Positions 33,008-45,047 are shown, counted from the stretch's first letter. The stretch is 64,000 nt of DNA from Rebecca billardiae RCC1528 (GCA_965240325.2 OZ251228.1:1550001-1614000); one strand, 5' to 3'. Notes: generated by a model from the letters alone, not told the origin. Made by a program: numbers and translations.

Positions 33008-34632
33008 CTAGGCGTCATCCTCTGCGAGCAGGAGGATCGCGCTCCCGCTGTCAAGGAGCCCACTCAGCGGGCTGTCAAACCCGCGCAGCTCGCCCTTTGG
33101 AATCGTCTGCACGAGCTTCCACGCGCGCGCGCTCGACAGGCGGTGCCCGCTCGCGTGCACGTGCGCGAGGACCGCGCCCATGGGCGTGCTGACCTCGAAA
33201 ATGCGTGGCGCCGACCTGCGAGGGACGGACGGCGGGACGGGGCGCGCGGGGCGCGTGGTGACTGACTGCCGCGCGCGCCTCGACTTGCGCGCGGCGTGCA
33301 GCCTGGGGCGCGCGGCCGCGGGTGCGCACCTGGAGCCATCTGGCAACCTGAGCGCAAGGCGCACACAGCCGGGGCCGGCACCCGCCGGCTCTGGGCCCGG
33401 CGCGCGCTCCGCCCAGAACGCGTCGTCCGCCGCTGGGTCGGACGGCGCTGGCTCCGCGCCGGAAGGCGCCGAGCCGCTGCCGAGCGTTCGTCCGGGCGGC
33501 GAGGCCGCAGCGTCCGTGGCTGCCAGCCCCGGCGCGGCGTGGGCGGGCATGGCGGAGGCGGCGCCCGCGCGGACGGGCGAGTGCGCGGGCAGCGCGTTGA
33601 TCGAGGGCATCGGCTGCAGGTCCTTGTCCGCGTACGTCATCAGCAGGTCGAGCAGCCGCTCCGCCGTGACGAAGCCCGTCATCGCCTTGCACAGCTCGCC
33701 CGTGCGCGGGTCGAGCACACCGATGTGCGGCAGCTGCTGGCTGTTGCGCAGGTAGTAGGAGACGTAGCGCGAGCCGTGCTGCGAGTCGTGGTACTGCTGC
33801 CAGAAGAGGAAGTGCGCGCCGATCACCGCTCTGCGCGCCGAGTCGGCACGCACCAGGCGCGGCGCCAGAGCCGGGAGCGCGCGGGGTGGGAGGGGTGGGC
33901 GGTGAGTGAGTGATGCGCCATAGCCTGGCCTCCGCTTCGCCGCGCGGCGCGAGCGCAAGCGCGCGCGGCGCACCGCAGGGCCTCGTCGCGCCAGGTGTCC
34001 GCATTGAGCTGCTGCGACGCGAACTCGATCGGCGACTGGATGTTCACCAGCAGCCACCTGCCCTGCTCCTGCCCCGCGGCGCGCAGCTCGTCAAAGCCCG
34101 ACGGAAAGCACAGCTCAGTCGGCGCGCGGTAAATATCTGCGAGGTTCTTGGGCTTCTTGGCGCGGTCGACGGGATCCTCGGCGGCCGACGCGCGCTCCTG
34201 GAGATCGTTCGCCTCCTGCTCAAAGTCGCGGAACGCCTCCTGCTTGTGCACGACCGGCCCCGACGGCAGCCCCGGCACGGCGCCCGGTATCGGCTGCACG
34301 TTGGCCGCGTGGTGAGAAGGCACATCGACCAGCTTGTGGACACGCTGCGGGATGGGCGCGCGCACGACTTCCTCCATGTCGCCCGCCATCATCGAGTCGT
34401 CGAGCTCCGCGATGGCCCGCGCCGTCGCGGCGTCCATGTCGTCAGTGGCCGCATTGCCCACCCCGCCCGCCGCGGCCGGCACGGCCGCAGCGTCCCCAGC
34501 CGCGAGGAAGGTATTGATCGCGCGGTCGAGATCCCAGTTATTGGCCTCGAGGTACGACAGGGCCACGGCGTCATCGCACCCCGCGACCGCGAGGAAGGTC
34601 GCCACCTTCTCGCCGCGCTCCGCCTCGGACAT
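33008..34632 (-). CDS. UBXN7: UBX domain p97/Cdc48 adaptor (UBA-like, UAS and UBX domains; 2 introns)
   Basis: UBA-like TFLAV...YLEANNWDLDRAINTF; UAS WLLVNIQ...FASQQLNADTW and HIGVLDPRTGE; UBX LALRLPDG. Confidence 0.85.
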
Positions 34633-34834
34633 CGCCCGCCGCCAACGACCTGCACGCGCGGCGGTCGTCCGCGCTTCGGCAGCGGCCAAGCGGCAAGCGG
34701 GTAGTACCAAGCACCTGGGTAAAATCGCGCGCGGCGCGGCGGCGGCCATCGTGCTCGCGCGTCGATTTCACGCACTCTGACCGAGCACGAGGCCGCTCGA
34801 CGTCGGCCGGAAGCTTCGTCATTAGACGACGACG

Positions 34835-35295
34835 ATGGGCTCCGCACGCATGCCGCTCGTCGCGTGGAGCATGGCGCTCGCGGTGGTCGTCGGCGCGGTG
34901 TGCTCATCGGCGCATACGCACGTGCGCTCGGCCGCATGCCCCTCGCGGACCACGCTGACGCCGCGCGCGCGGCTCGCGACGACGGCCCCTGCTGAGCCGC
35001 CCCGCGCTCGTAGCGCGCTCGTCTCTCGCATGCTGTGCACGATGTCGTCCGACGTGGACGTGGGCACGCAGCGTGACGGCCCCTCGTCGTCCACGGAGGA
35101 CGGCAGGAGCCCAAACAGGGAGAACTCCGACGGCAGGAGGAGCCCGCGCAGCGGTGGTGGCGGCGGTGGCAACTATGCCGGCCGCGGCGGCCAGCAGCGT
35201 GGTCAGCGCCGCCCGCCGCCAGGCGGCAACCGGCGACCGCAGGAGGCCGCCATCGAGCTGAAAGAGCCCATGGTCTTCGTGCACCGCAGTGAGCT

Positions 35296-35332
<37 letters not shown>

Positions 35333-37876
35333 GGGCGCGGCGATGGGCGCGGTCAGCGCCCGCAGCAGGACCGCGGCGGCGGCGGCGGTGGCAGGCCGGG
35401 CGCCCGCACCGACGGCCGGAGCGGGGGCGGCGTGGGCACCGCGAGCGCAGGCGGCGCCGATCGCTCGCCGTCCGCCCCGCGCGCCGATCCGCCGGGCGGG
35501 CGCGACGTGCCCCCGAGCAAGCGCTTCGCCAACAACGCGCCGCGCGGCGCCGCAAAGGGCAAGAAGGACTGGGCCTCAGAGAAGCGCAAGGAGCCCAACC
35601 AGAAGCGGCTGCTCAAGTCGAAGCTCTCGTCCGCCGACGCGATGGACGGCGACGTCAAGTTCAAGGGGCGGCGCAAGGGCAAGTCCGGCGGCGGCGGCGC
35701 GGGGCGCGTCCCCGTCAAGCCCAAGCTCACCGAGGTCACGATCCCGGAGGTGATCACGGTGGGTGACCTGGCGACCACGCTCGAGTCAAACGCTGCCGCT
35801 GTGATCAAGGACCTGATGAAGATGGGCGTGCTCGCCTCGGTCTCGCAGCCGATCACGGGCGACCAGGCCGCGGCGGTGGCGGAGGGGATGGGCCTCACGG
35901 TCAACCGCGGCACCGACGTCGAGGCCGAGACCCGCGCCCTCGAGGTGGACGAGGACTCTGCGGAGGAGCTGGAGGAGCGCCCGCCGATCGTGACGGTGAT
36001 GGGCCACGTCGACCACGGCAAGACCTCGCTGCTCGACGCGCTGCGCTCGACCCGCGTGACGGCGGGCGAGGCCGGCGGGATCACGCAGCACCTCGGCTCG
36101 TACCAGCTCACCACCGACGACGGCAAGCTCGTCACCTTCCTCGACACCCCCGGCCACGCCGCCTTCTCGGCTATGCGCTCGCGCGGCGCCAACGTGACCG
36201 ACATTGTGATCCTTGTGGTGGCGGCGGACGACGGCGTCAAGCAGCAGACGGTCGAGGCGATCAAGTGCGCGCGGCGCGGCGTGCGCGGCGCGGCGTGCGC
36301 GGCGCGGCGTGCGAGGCGGCGGGCGCCGGCCGGAGCCGACGAGCGCGGGCCGTGCCCGCGGCCGGCTCCCCGCGCGAGCCGGCGGCTCACGCGCCGCCGC
36401 GCGCCCCGGTGCATCCGCGCACGCACGACCCCCGCCCGCGCCTCTGCCTCGCGGCGCGCAGGGCGGCCAAGGCGGCCGGTTGCCCGATCATCGTCGCCAT
36501 CAACAAGGTGGACAAGGAAGGGGCCAACCCGGAGAAAGTCGGTGCGTGCGGGCCGCGGGGTCGGCGAGGCGCTCGAGCCGGCGCGCGCGCGCGCGTGCCC
36601 CGGGGCAGGCATGATGACCCAGTCGCCGCGCGCTCGCTGCCGCGCCCGCCTCCGCGCAGGCCTCGAGCTGCTGGAGCACGACGTGGTCCTCGAGCAGTTC
36701 GGCGGCGAGATCATGTCCTCCGAGGTCTCCGCGCTGCAGGGCCAGGGCCTCGACGGGCTGCTCGAGAAGATTGGCCTGCTCGCTGAGCTGCTCGAGCTGC
36801 GCTCCAACCCGAAGCGACCGGGCGAGGGCGTGGCGGTCGAGGCGCGGATGGAGCGTGGCGTCGGGCCGGTGGCGACGACGATCGTGCAGCGGGGCACGCT
36901 GCACGTGGGCGACATCGTCGTGGCCGGCTCGACGTGGGGGCGCGTGCGCAAGCTCGTCGTCAACGGCGACGAGGTCGAGGCGGCGCCGCCCGGCTGCCCG
37001 GTTGACGTGCTCGGGCTGCAGGGCGTGCCCAACGCGGGCGACAGCTTGCGCGTCGCAGACTCTGAGCAGCTCGCGCGGCAGATCGCCGACGTGCGCGCGC
37101 AGCGCGACCGCGAGCAGCGCGCGGCGGTGCTCTTCTCCGCGCAGGCCGACACGGCGCAGAAGGAGCTCTTCGGCGAGCTCCAGCGCGACTACAAGGCCTC
37201 GTCCATCGACGTGGTCATCAAGGCGGACGTCCAGGGCTCGGCCGAGGCGCTCCAGTCGGCGATCGAGGGGCTGGCGCAGACGGACTCGTTCGGCTACTCG
37301 GCGACGTGCCGCGTGCTGCGCGCCGGCGCGGGCGAGCTGACGCTGGAGGACATCCAGCTCGCGTCGGTCTCGGACGCCCTCGTCGTCGCGTTCAACACGC
37401 AGCCCTCCGCCGCGACCCTCGCCGAGGCGGAGCGGCTCGGCATCACCATCGTGAAGCACTCGATCGTGTACGACGCGCTCGACGACGTGAGCGCGCGCCT
37501 CTCCGACCTGGTCGCGCCGCCCGCGTCCAAGTGGCTGGGCACGGTGACCGGCCGCGCGGACGTGATGCAGACCTTCAAGATCGGCAAGGGCATCGGCATG
37601 GTCGCGGGCTGCAAGGTCACCGAGGGCAAGATGCAGCGCGGCTCCAACCTGCGCGTGATCCGCGGCAAGCAGGTGATGCACGAGGGCAAGATCAACCAGC
37701 TGCGCTATCTCAAGGACATCGTCGAGGTGGTGGACGAGGGCTCGGAGTGCGGCATCTCCTTCGACACGTTCGACGGCGTCAAGGAGGGCGACGTCGTCGA
37801 GTGCTACGTCGGCGGCGGCGGCGGTGGCGACGACGACGACGACGACAGCCCGGCGAGCGGCAGTGACGACGAGTAG
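34835..37876 (+). CDS. infB: Organellar (likely plastid) translation initiation factor IF-2 (introns 36265-36461 and 36542-36659)
   Basis: Motifs [34 protein letters not shown], spliced AINKVD, KADVQGS and GSECGI; signal-peptide-like leader. Confidence 0.96.
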
Positions 37877-38408
37877 TGAGTGACCTGAGTCCTGACGTGT
37901 CCCGCGCCTCCGCCGCCCGTACGCCGTCGCCGACGGTCTACCCCGCCGCCGCCGGCCGCCTCCCGGCCGCAGCCATTACTGTGTTGACGGCGAGAAAGCT
38001 GACATTCGATGAGGACTGCTAAGTGTCACGCCGCTGCTACTTCATCTGCTTACTGTCGTCGCGTCATCATTATAATGCTGGTCAAAAATTTCTGCTAGCT
38101 ATTGGTAGTTCGTGAATCGTCATCGTGGGCGTGCCGCGCGAATATGAATAACTAATTATATAATAAAACATATATATATATATTAAATATATATATTTTA
38201 AAATATAAATAAGCTGTCAAACTACTGACAACTGTGCTAGCGCAGCAGACCGCCTAGCTATAGTTAATAGCAGCTGCTGCTACGTACGTCGACGTATAAA
38301 TAGTCGCGTATATGGTACTGATGAGTCGGATGAGGTGACGGGACGAGAAGCCCGAGGCCTATCTTTCGCTCGTTCAGGCACGCACGACCGTATACCACGT
38401 CCACGTTA

Positions 38409-41381
38409 TTATGCACGAGGAGCGCCAAAGACGACGAAGGGCGCCCAGTGGCGCACCTTGAAGCGCCGCCGGGGCGCGTCGCGGGCCTCGCTGGTGGCAG
38501 CGCCGCCTGAGGCGGTGCCGACGCCTCGATGTCGGCTCAGAAGGGCGCACATCGTCTCGCGCATCGCGGCTGCGACGTCGATGGTGCCGTCGTTCGAGCC
38601 GCCCGCGCCCGCGTCGGTGCCGCCCCGCAGCCGCCGCAGCTGTGAGCCGAGCTCCCCCGTATACAGCTCGGCCATGAACCGCTCGGTCTGCTCGTCGTTC
38701 ACCGGCCACAGCGAGGCGACCAGCGTCTGGCAGCCGGCCGCGAGGAAGGCGCGCGAGATGCCGAGCAGGCCCTCCGCGCTCAGCCGGCCGCGGAATGTGT
38801 CGCACGCGCTCAGCAGCACGAGCCGCGCGGCGCGCAGGTCGAGCTGCTGCACGTCGAGCACGCCAAGCAGCGCCTCCGCCTCGCTGCCGCCGTGCAGCAC
38901 GAGGCCACTCGGTGAGCCGTGCACCGCCAGGTGCACCAGGTGCTTACTGCCCAGCTCGCGCAGCACCTCCGCCTTCGTCGCGGCCGCGCCCCGCAGGCAC
39001 GCCACGTGCACCGCGTCCGTTCTGTCCAGCCCGAAGTCAACTTTCAGCGCCTCGATCTGCGCGTGCTCCAGATCGCTCAGCGCCTCGCCCACCACGTCGC
39101 CCACCGCCAGCTGCTCGGCGATTTGCTCGCGCTCGGCGCGGCGCAGCTCGCCCAGCTGGATGCGCGTGCTACCGTCGATCGCACGAGCCTCCACCCACCT
39201 GCACGGCGAGCCGCGGCTCGAGGCGCGCACGTCCCTGCGCGCCGCGTCGACGTCCTCTTCAGTCCGCAGCGTCCACGGCATCGCCTGCGCAGAGTAGTCC
39301 GACACGCCCGCGACCAGCGCGTGCAGTTTCCCCTCGTCGCCGAGCGGCGTCGGCCGCGGCCGCGCCTCGAGCTGGAGCAGTGCGCCCACGGACGGAGCGA
39401 GGCACAGCGGATGGCGCTGGATCAGGTACTGCCCGTGCGCGTCGCGCAGCGCGGCGAAGGGCAGCGCGTACAGGTGGCTGTCCGGCAGCACGACCAGCGT
39501 CTCCCCGTGCCCGAGGGCGTCCCCGAAGGGCTCGACCAGCAGCTGATGGCACTGGCGGAGCAGCGCGTCGGCGGCAGCGTCGGCGTCTGCCTCGGCGTTG
39601 CGTTCGTACTCATCGCGCGGGCGCTTGCCCGCGCGCCCGCCCCCCAGCCGCACGGACGCCCGAACGCACTCGTCGGGCACGTTGGCGTCGTCCTCGTCGC
39701 ACGGCTCGCCCCGCGTCTCGACTGCGGCCGCGGGGGGCCCGGCCGGCTGCACGCCCTCGGCCTGGGCGCCGCTCGGTGCGCCGGTTGCCCTGCCTGCGGG
39801 CAGTATCCCAGCCACCGCGTCGCGAGTCGCCTGCACCAGCGCTTCGAGCGAGTGCTCGCCACGCCAAGCGAGATCACGGAAGAGCGGCTCGTCGTCCGGC
39901 GCTGGCCGCACCAGCCACGCCAGCACGCGCCTGTCGCCCACCTCCGAGAAGACGAGCAGGTGCGCGCGCTGCCGTACCGCGTACTCGCGCATCTGCTGCC
40001 ACGTGCGCGCTGGCTGCTGAGCGAGGCTGCGCTGCGGGCTCGCGGCTGCGGGTGCAGACTCCGCGGAGTGCTCGCCGTGGTGCCCCGCGAGGAGGAGCTC
40101 GAGGGAGCGCGCTCTGCTGCGCTCGGCCTCCTCGAGCGCCTCGAGCTTCCGGTCCAGCGCGACGAGCTCTCGCTGCAGCAGCTGCACGCACGAGCCTCGC
40201 GGCAGTCCGCGGTCGCCGAGCGCAATGCGCCAATCGTCTGAGCCCAGCCCGTGCCAGATGCGGTCATGGACGCGCAAGGCCTCGCGGCAGAAGTCCACCG
40301 CGCGATCGTGCTTGTCCTGCGCGGCACACGCCTTCCCGAGCAGACTCAGCGTCGTGTACTCGCCCGCAGCGTACCCGATCTCGCGGCTTATCTCGAGCGC
40401 CTGCTCAAAGCGCGGGATGGCGCGTGCCGGCTGCTCGAGCTCGAGGTACGCGTTGCCCAGGGCACACAGGGCCGTGCCCTCGCCGTGCCGGTCGTTGATC
40501 TCGCGCGTCGCGGCGAGGTGCTGCAAGTGCTCGTCCAGGCTGCGAATGTGGCCGCGCGCTTCGTCCACCTTGAGCTGTGTGATCACCTGAAAGCGCGGGT
40601 TGCCGCTCCTGCGGCTCACGTCGAGCGCGGGCTCAAGATGGCGGAGGGCATCCTCGCGCCGGCCGAGCTCCAAATATGCACTGCCCAGGCAGTCGCGGAT
40701 GCTCCCAACCACGTCCTCGGAGCTGCCGTAAGTCTCACAGTAACTGAGAGCGGACGTGCACGCCTCGATGGCCATCTCGTACTGGCCAAGGAAGCTGTAG
40801 ATGATGCCGAGGTTTTGCTTGGCGTTGATCACTGCGGTGGGGTCGGCGCAGCCGCTGCTGCTGGGCACGCTGGCGATCATGTCAAGGGCCCGTGCGGCGG
40901 ACTTGATGGCAGATTCGTGCATGCCACGGTGGGACAACACTAAGCTGAAGCTTGCTGCCACACGGGCCGCGCGCACCGCATCGCCGTGCCTGTACGCCAG
41001 GGGAAAGGCACGTTCGTAGCTCACCGATGCTGCCCGGTACCATCCCAAGGCACAGTGCACATGGCCGAGGCTCGTGTACTCGTCGACTACCTGTGACCAC
41101 ATGCTCGAATCGTGGTTCATGAGGTTTTCTTTCATTATAACCGCCTTCTGGTGATGACGGCATGCGTCCTCAAGCTGCCCGAGGCCCAGATACGCGCGGC
41201 CGAGTTTGCCCAAACAGGTGCTCAGGCCGTAGACGAAAGGAGCAGCGTGTGACTCACGAAGCAGTATCCGCGCGAACGTGTAGGACTCAACAGCGCGTTG
41301 GAGGTCGCCAGCGTCTAGGCAGGATGAGCCCTCTTGGATGAAAGGCTCGATCGAGGTGAGCAGCTGCTCTCGTTCATCCAT
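38409..41381 (-). CDS. TPR-repeat plus CHAT (caspase-like) domain protein
   Basis: Several TPRs (e.g. EGTALCALGNAYLEL), AERSRARSL, LPFAAL, catalytic His in VHLAVHG and Cys in VLLSACDT, ASLWPVND and HWAPFVVFG. Confidence 0.92.
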   Translation of the reverse strand: MDEREQLLTSIEPFIQEGSSCLDAGDLQRAVESYTFARILLRESHAAPFVYGLSTCLGKLGRAYLGLGQLEDACRHHQKAVIMKENLMNHDSSMWSQVVDEYTSLGHVHCALGWYRAASVSYERAFPLAYRHGDAVRAARVAASFSLVLSHRGMHESAIKSAARALDMIASVPSSSGCADPTAVINAKQNLGIIYSFLGQYEMAIEACTSALSYCETYGSSEDVVGSIRDCLGSAYLELGRREDALRHLEPALDVSRRSGNPRFQVITQLKVDEARGHIRSLDEHLQHLAATREINDRHGEGTALCALGNAYLELEQPARAIPRFEQALEISREIGYAAGEYTTLSLLGKACAAQDKHDRAVDFCREALRVHDRIWHGLGSDDWRIALGDRGLPRGSCVQLLQRELVALDRKLEALEEAERSRARSLELLLAGHHGEHSAESAPAAASPQRSLAQQPARTWQQMREYAVRQRAHLLVFSEVGDRRVLAWLVRPAPDDEPLFRDLAWRGEHSLEALVQATRDAVAGILPAGRATGAPSGAQAEGVQPAGPPAAAVETRGEPCDEDDANVPDECVRASVRLGGGRAGKRPRDEYERNAEADADAAADALLRQCHQLLVEPFGDALGHGETLVVLPDSHLYALPFAALRDAHGQYLIQRHPLCLAPSVGALLQLEARPRPTPLGDEGKLHALVAGVSDYSAQAMPWTLRTEEDVDAARRDVRASSRGSPCRWVEARAIDGSTRIQLGELRRAEREQIAEQLAVGDVVGEALSDLEHAQIEALKVDFGLDRTDAVHVACLRGAAATKAEVLRELGSKHLVHLAVHGSPSGLVLHGGSEAEALLGVLDVQQLDLRAARLVLLSACDTFRGRLSAEGLLGISRAFLAAGCQTLVASLWPVNDEQTERFMAELYTGELGSQLRRLRGGTDAGAGGSNDGTIDVAAAMRETMCALLSRHRGVGTASGGAATSEARDAPRRRFKVRHWAPFVVFGAPRA

Positions 41382-41506
41382 CGTGATGCGAGATCCGGCC
41401 GCGCAGGGGCTGCCACCGCAGTGCCGCCACCTCCGGATGCGCACCGAAGTTGCGGAGGCGTCCCACGACGAGCGATTCACGATGGCGGCGAATACGCGCT
41501 GAGAGC

Positions 41507-43390
41507 ATGGATCTTTGGGACGATCTGCGCGACGCGACGCAGCAGGACGAGCGCGGCTGCGGCTGGCTGGCGCCGAGTGCGCCACCGAGCTCACCCGCGC
41601 CGCCGCCGAGACGCTGGCCAGCACCGACCCCGCCGCCGCCGGGCACGCCCGCCGCGCCGCCGCCGAGGCTCGTGATGCACGTGGATGCGGATCGCTTCTT
41701 CCTCGCCGTGCACGAGCGCGAGGATCCGACGCTGCGCGACCAGCCCGCGGCCTTGTGGCAGTACAACCACGTCGTGTGCGCCTCGCACGACGCGCGCGCG
41801 CTCGGTGTCACCAAGCGCATGGGGCCCGAGGCCGCGGACAAGCTCCTGCGGCCGGCCGGGGGCCGGCTGCTGCACGCTTACTCGCGGCAGTGGCCGGGGC
41901 CGCGCGTGTGCTACGCGCGGTACAACGCGGCGTCGCGCGAGCTCTTTGCGGCACTGCGCGCCGCCATGGACGAGTACGCGCCCGGCTCGGTGCTGGAGCG
42001 CGCGTCGATTGACGAAGCGTACGTCGAGCTGACCGACGCTGCGCTCGGCGGCGCGGACGGCGCGGGGCGCGCCGCGGCCGCGGAGGCAGCCGCCGCCGCG
42101 ATCGCCCGGCGTATCCGCGAGCGCGCGCGGCTGCCTGTGAGCGTGGGCCTCGCGCGCACCAAGGCGCTCGCCAAGCTCGCCTCGTCCGCCGTCAAGCCCT
42201 CCGCCCAGACGCCGTCGGAGCGCGCGGCCGTGCGTGCGGTGTGGACGGGTGCGGAGGAGGAGGTGCTGCTGCAACAGTCGGCGCCGACCAAGCTGCCGCC
42301 GCTGAGCGGGCGCGGCGAGTCGCTGGCTGCGCTCGGGGTGCGCACGGCGCTCGAGCTGCGGACGCGCTGGCCGAGCGCGCGCGCGCTCGGCGCGGCGCTC
42401 GGCCTCTCGCCCGACGCCGCCGAGCTGCTCTGGCGCCGCGTGCACGGCTCAGACGAGCAGCCGGTGCGAGAGGTGCGGCCGCAGTCTGTGAGCGTCACCT
42501 CGTGGTCCGGGCACTGCACGCTCGGGGCGCTGGTGCGCCGCGCGGCGGACGGCGACGCGTGCGGCGGCGACGGCGAGGGCGCGGTGTGCGTGGGCACCGG
42601 GCGCTGGCGCTTCGTGGGCCACTCGCACGCGCACGCGCACCGCCAGCGTGGCGCGCACGAGCTGCACCTCTTGGCGGCCACCCCTGGCCTCAGTGGGAGC
42701 GCGCTCGATCGGTGCAAGTGGATCGTGCTCGCGCTCAGCGCCGACCTGGCGGAGCGCGTGGCGGACGACGCGCGCGCGCACGCGCGGCTGCCCACCAAGC
42801 TGGCCGTGGGCGTGCATGGGCCAGGCACGCGGCTCGAGCCGGGCCCAGGCTACACAGACGGTCACACGCGCTCACGCACGTGCGCGTTCCCTCGCGCGCC
42901 GTTCGCCCTCGCGGCAGCCGGTGTCGCTGACGTGCCCGAGCTCGCAGCGGATGGGCCCTCTCTGCTGGACGACGCGGTGCGCGGGCCGCGCATCGGCGCG
43001 CTGGTCGACGCGGTGTGCCGCGTGCTCGAGCAGTGGGCACGCGCTGAACCTGCGAAGCGCGCCGCGCAGCTCACCCTGACAGCCTCGAGCTTCTGCGCAG
43101 TCGAGAGGCCTCGCGCACACCCTGCGGCCGTCGCTTCCCCACGCGCCGAGCTGGCGGCGCGCAGCCAGACGCCGACAGCCGCAGGTGACCTGGGCAGGCC
43201 CATCACGGGACGGGTCTCATCTGCGCCCGCCGAGCAGAGGGATGGCGGGCTAGGATCGGCAGAGGCCGTTCGGCGCCCCCCGCCAGCCGCCGCCTTGTTG
43301 AAGAAAGGGAATGCCGTCCGGCCCACGCCCACTGCCAAGCGGCAGCGCTGCATCTCGGACTTCTTCATCCATCATCATCAGTCTCAGTGA
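41507..43390 (+). CDS. Y-family translesion DNA polymerase (eta/iota-like)
   Basis: Motifs HVDADRFF, QYN..VCASHDARALGV, SIDEAY and SVGLARTKALAKLAS; C-terminal PIP box QRCISDFF. Confidence 0.88.
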   Translation: MDLWDDLRDATQQDERGCGWLAPSAPPSSPAPPPRRWPAPTPPPPGTPAAPPPRLVMHVDADRFFLAVHEREDPTLRDQPAALWQYNHVVCASHDARALGVTKRMGPEAADKLLRPAGGRLLHAYSRQWPGPRVCYARYNAASRELFAALRAAMDEYAPGSVLERASIDEAYVELTDAALGGADGAGRAAAAEAAAAAIARRIRERARLPVSVGLARTKALAKLASSAVKPSAQTPSERAAVRAVWTGAEEEVLLQQSAPTKLPPLSGRGESLAALGVRTALELRTRWPSARALGAALGLSPDAAELLWRRVHGSDEQPVREVRPQSVSVTSWSGHCTLGALVRRAADGDACGGDGEGAVCVGTGRWRFVGHSHAHAHRQRGAHELHLLAATPGLSGSALDRCKWIVLALSADLAERVADDARAHARLPTKLAVGVHGPGTRLEPGPGYTDGHTRSRTCAFPRAPFALAAAGVADVPELAADGPSLLDDAVRGPRIGALVDAVCRVLEQWARAEPAKRAAQLTLTASSFCAVERPRAHPAAVASPRAELAARSQTPTAAGDLGRPITGRVSSAPAEQRDGGLGSAEAVRRPPPAAALLKKGNAVRPTPTAKRQRCISDFFIHHHQSQ

Positions 43391-44101
43391 GTGCCAAGTC
43401 TCAGTGCATGCGCCGGCGGCGTTTAGTAAATTCGGTTCAGCGTGATGACGAGATAATGCGGCAATACTTTTTATTTTAATAATATTGCGGCGCTGCTCGG
43501 CAGAGTCGGCTGCTGGCGGATGCCATGATGAATAATATTTATATTAATATATATTATAATATATATTATAATAAAACCCGAGCCTTGTCGTTGACTGTCC
43601 GTTGACCAATAACTGACTGCTAAGTCTAAGAGTGTGACTGTGACTGAGCCCCGAGACACAGTGAGTGACCGAACTGGACCTGGTGTCGCATGGCTTTAGG
43701 CTTAGCGCCCGACGCCACTTATTAGCACTGATCTAACACCCAACGCGGCGACACCGCCGCTGCTGCACGGGTGCTGAACGAACTTGAATCGGCTGACCCG
43801 TTGTCTGTTGATGATGACCGTGATGATGTACGTGCCAAGCCCAGTTCGCCGGCAGCAGACAGACAGAGACTCACAGAGAGTTTAAAGTACGGACAGACCT
43901 CGGTGAGCCAGATCGCACTTGCTGGTTGTTGGGAAGCACGCAAGTGGAGCGAAAGCGAAAGCAGGTTCGTGTTGCGCGCTGCCTGCTATGCGCATCGGCA
44001 CCGTCGCCCACGGCGCGTTTGTCGGCAGCACGCGCACGCTCGCCGCGCGCACGGCGCAGCCACGCGCTCAGATGGCGCACCCGCCGCGTCGCGGCCGAGC
44101 C

Positions 44102-44833
44102 TCACGGCCGCTGCCGCGCCTCGAGCTGGTCCACAAGCATGTCGAGCTGCATCACGAGCTCGTCGGCAGTTGGCGACTGGCCTGGCAAGTTGAGCGGCTC
44201 GACCGATCCAGACCCTGCGTGCGCCATCGCGTGCAAGCGCTCGAGCGAGGCGCGCAGCCGGCCGTGTGCCGCGCCCGACATCTGAACCGCCGTCGCCACT
44301 GAGGCTGAGGGGGGCCGAGCCATTCGGCCCTGCGGCGTGCTCGAGCCGGGGTGCGCTCCCGAGGTGTCGGAAGAGTGCGCCGACGAGCCCGGGCGGATCA
44401 TGACCGGCGTGCTCGGGGCCGAGTGGCGCATCATCCACCGGCGGGACGGCCCGGTGATCTGCAGCCCGCCCATGGTCGCCACAGCCCACGCCGAGTCATT
44501 TGCGGCGTCGACGTGCAAATCGGTGACAATGTCGCCCGCATGGTCCGGGGTCTGCGGGGCATAGATGCGCGGTGGGACCGACGTCTCCTCCTTCGAATCC
44601 CCGCCGAGAGGTGACGGCCGCGGAAGCACACGCGACGACGTCACAGGCGTTGGTGTGTTTGTCACGCGGAGCATGGGTGGGGTCGACGGTGCCGCGTGCC
44701 GCATGATCGCACGACGCGATGGGCCCTGGATCATGAGACCGCCCGTGGTGGCAGATGCCCAGTCAGGAGACGCCGAGATCGTCAGCGGAGAGAGCCCCCC
44801 TGGGGGCCGAGGGAGCGTCGTCGTCTCCGCCAT
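44102..44833 (-). CDS. Hypothetical protein with two ~28-aa internal repeats (3' end uncertain)
   Basis: WASATTGGLMIQGPSRRAIMRHAAPSTP and WAVATMGGLQITGPSRRWMMRHSAPSTP. Confidence 0.55.
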   Translation of the reverse strand: MAETTTLPRPPGGLSPLTISASPDWASATTGGLMIQGPSRRAIMRHAAPSTPPMLRVTNTPTPVTSSRVLPRPSPLGGDSKEETSVPPRIYAPQTPDHAGDIVTDLHVDAANDSAWAVATMGGLQITGPSRRWMMRHSAPSTPVMIRPGSSAHSSDTSGAHPGSSTPQGRMARPPSASVATAVQMSGAAHGRLRASLERLHAMAHAGSGSVEPLNLPGQSPTADELVMQLDMLVDQLEARQRP

Positions 44834-45047
44834 CTCCTCGCTGCTCACGAGCGGGCGCGGCGGCAGGTGAAAGAGCGCCTCGCCAGAGCCGGCAAAAGCT
44901 GCGCACGCTCCGGCTGGAACCACTCCGACTCCCGGATCGAGAGTGTGCCTCGTCACTGGGCTTTATTCCGGTCCTGCTGCTCGAGACTGACTCTTTGCCG
45001 CTCGCGCAGCCCGCGGCGGGAAGCAAGGAGTGTCCGATCGACGCGCC

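Noticed and set aside
32585-33063. Short ORFs downstream of UBXN7
   Set aside because: No motifs or coding-type bias; likely UTR or intergenic.
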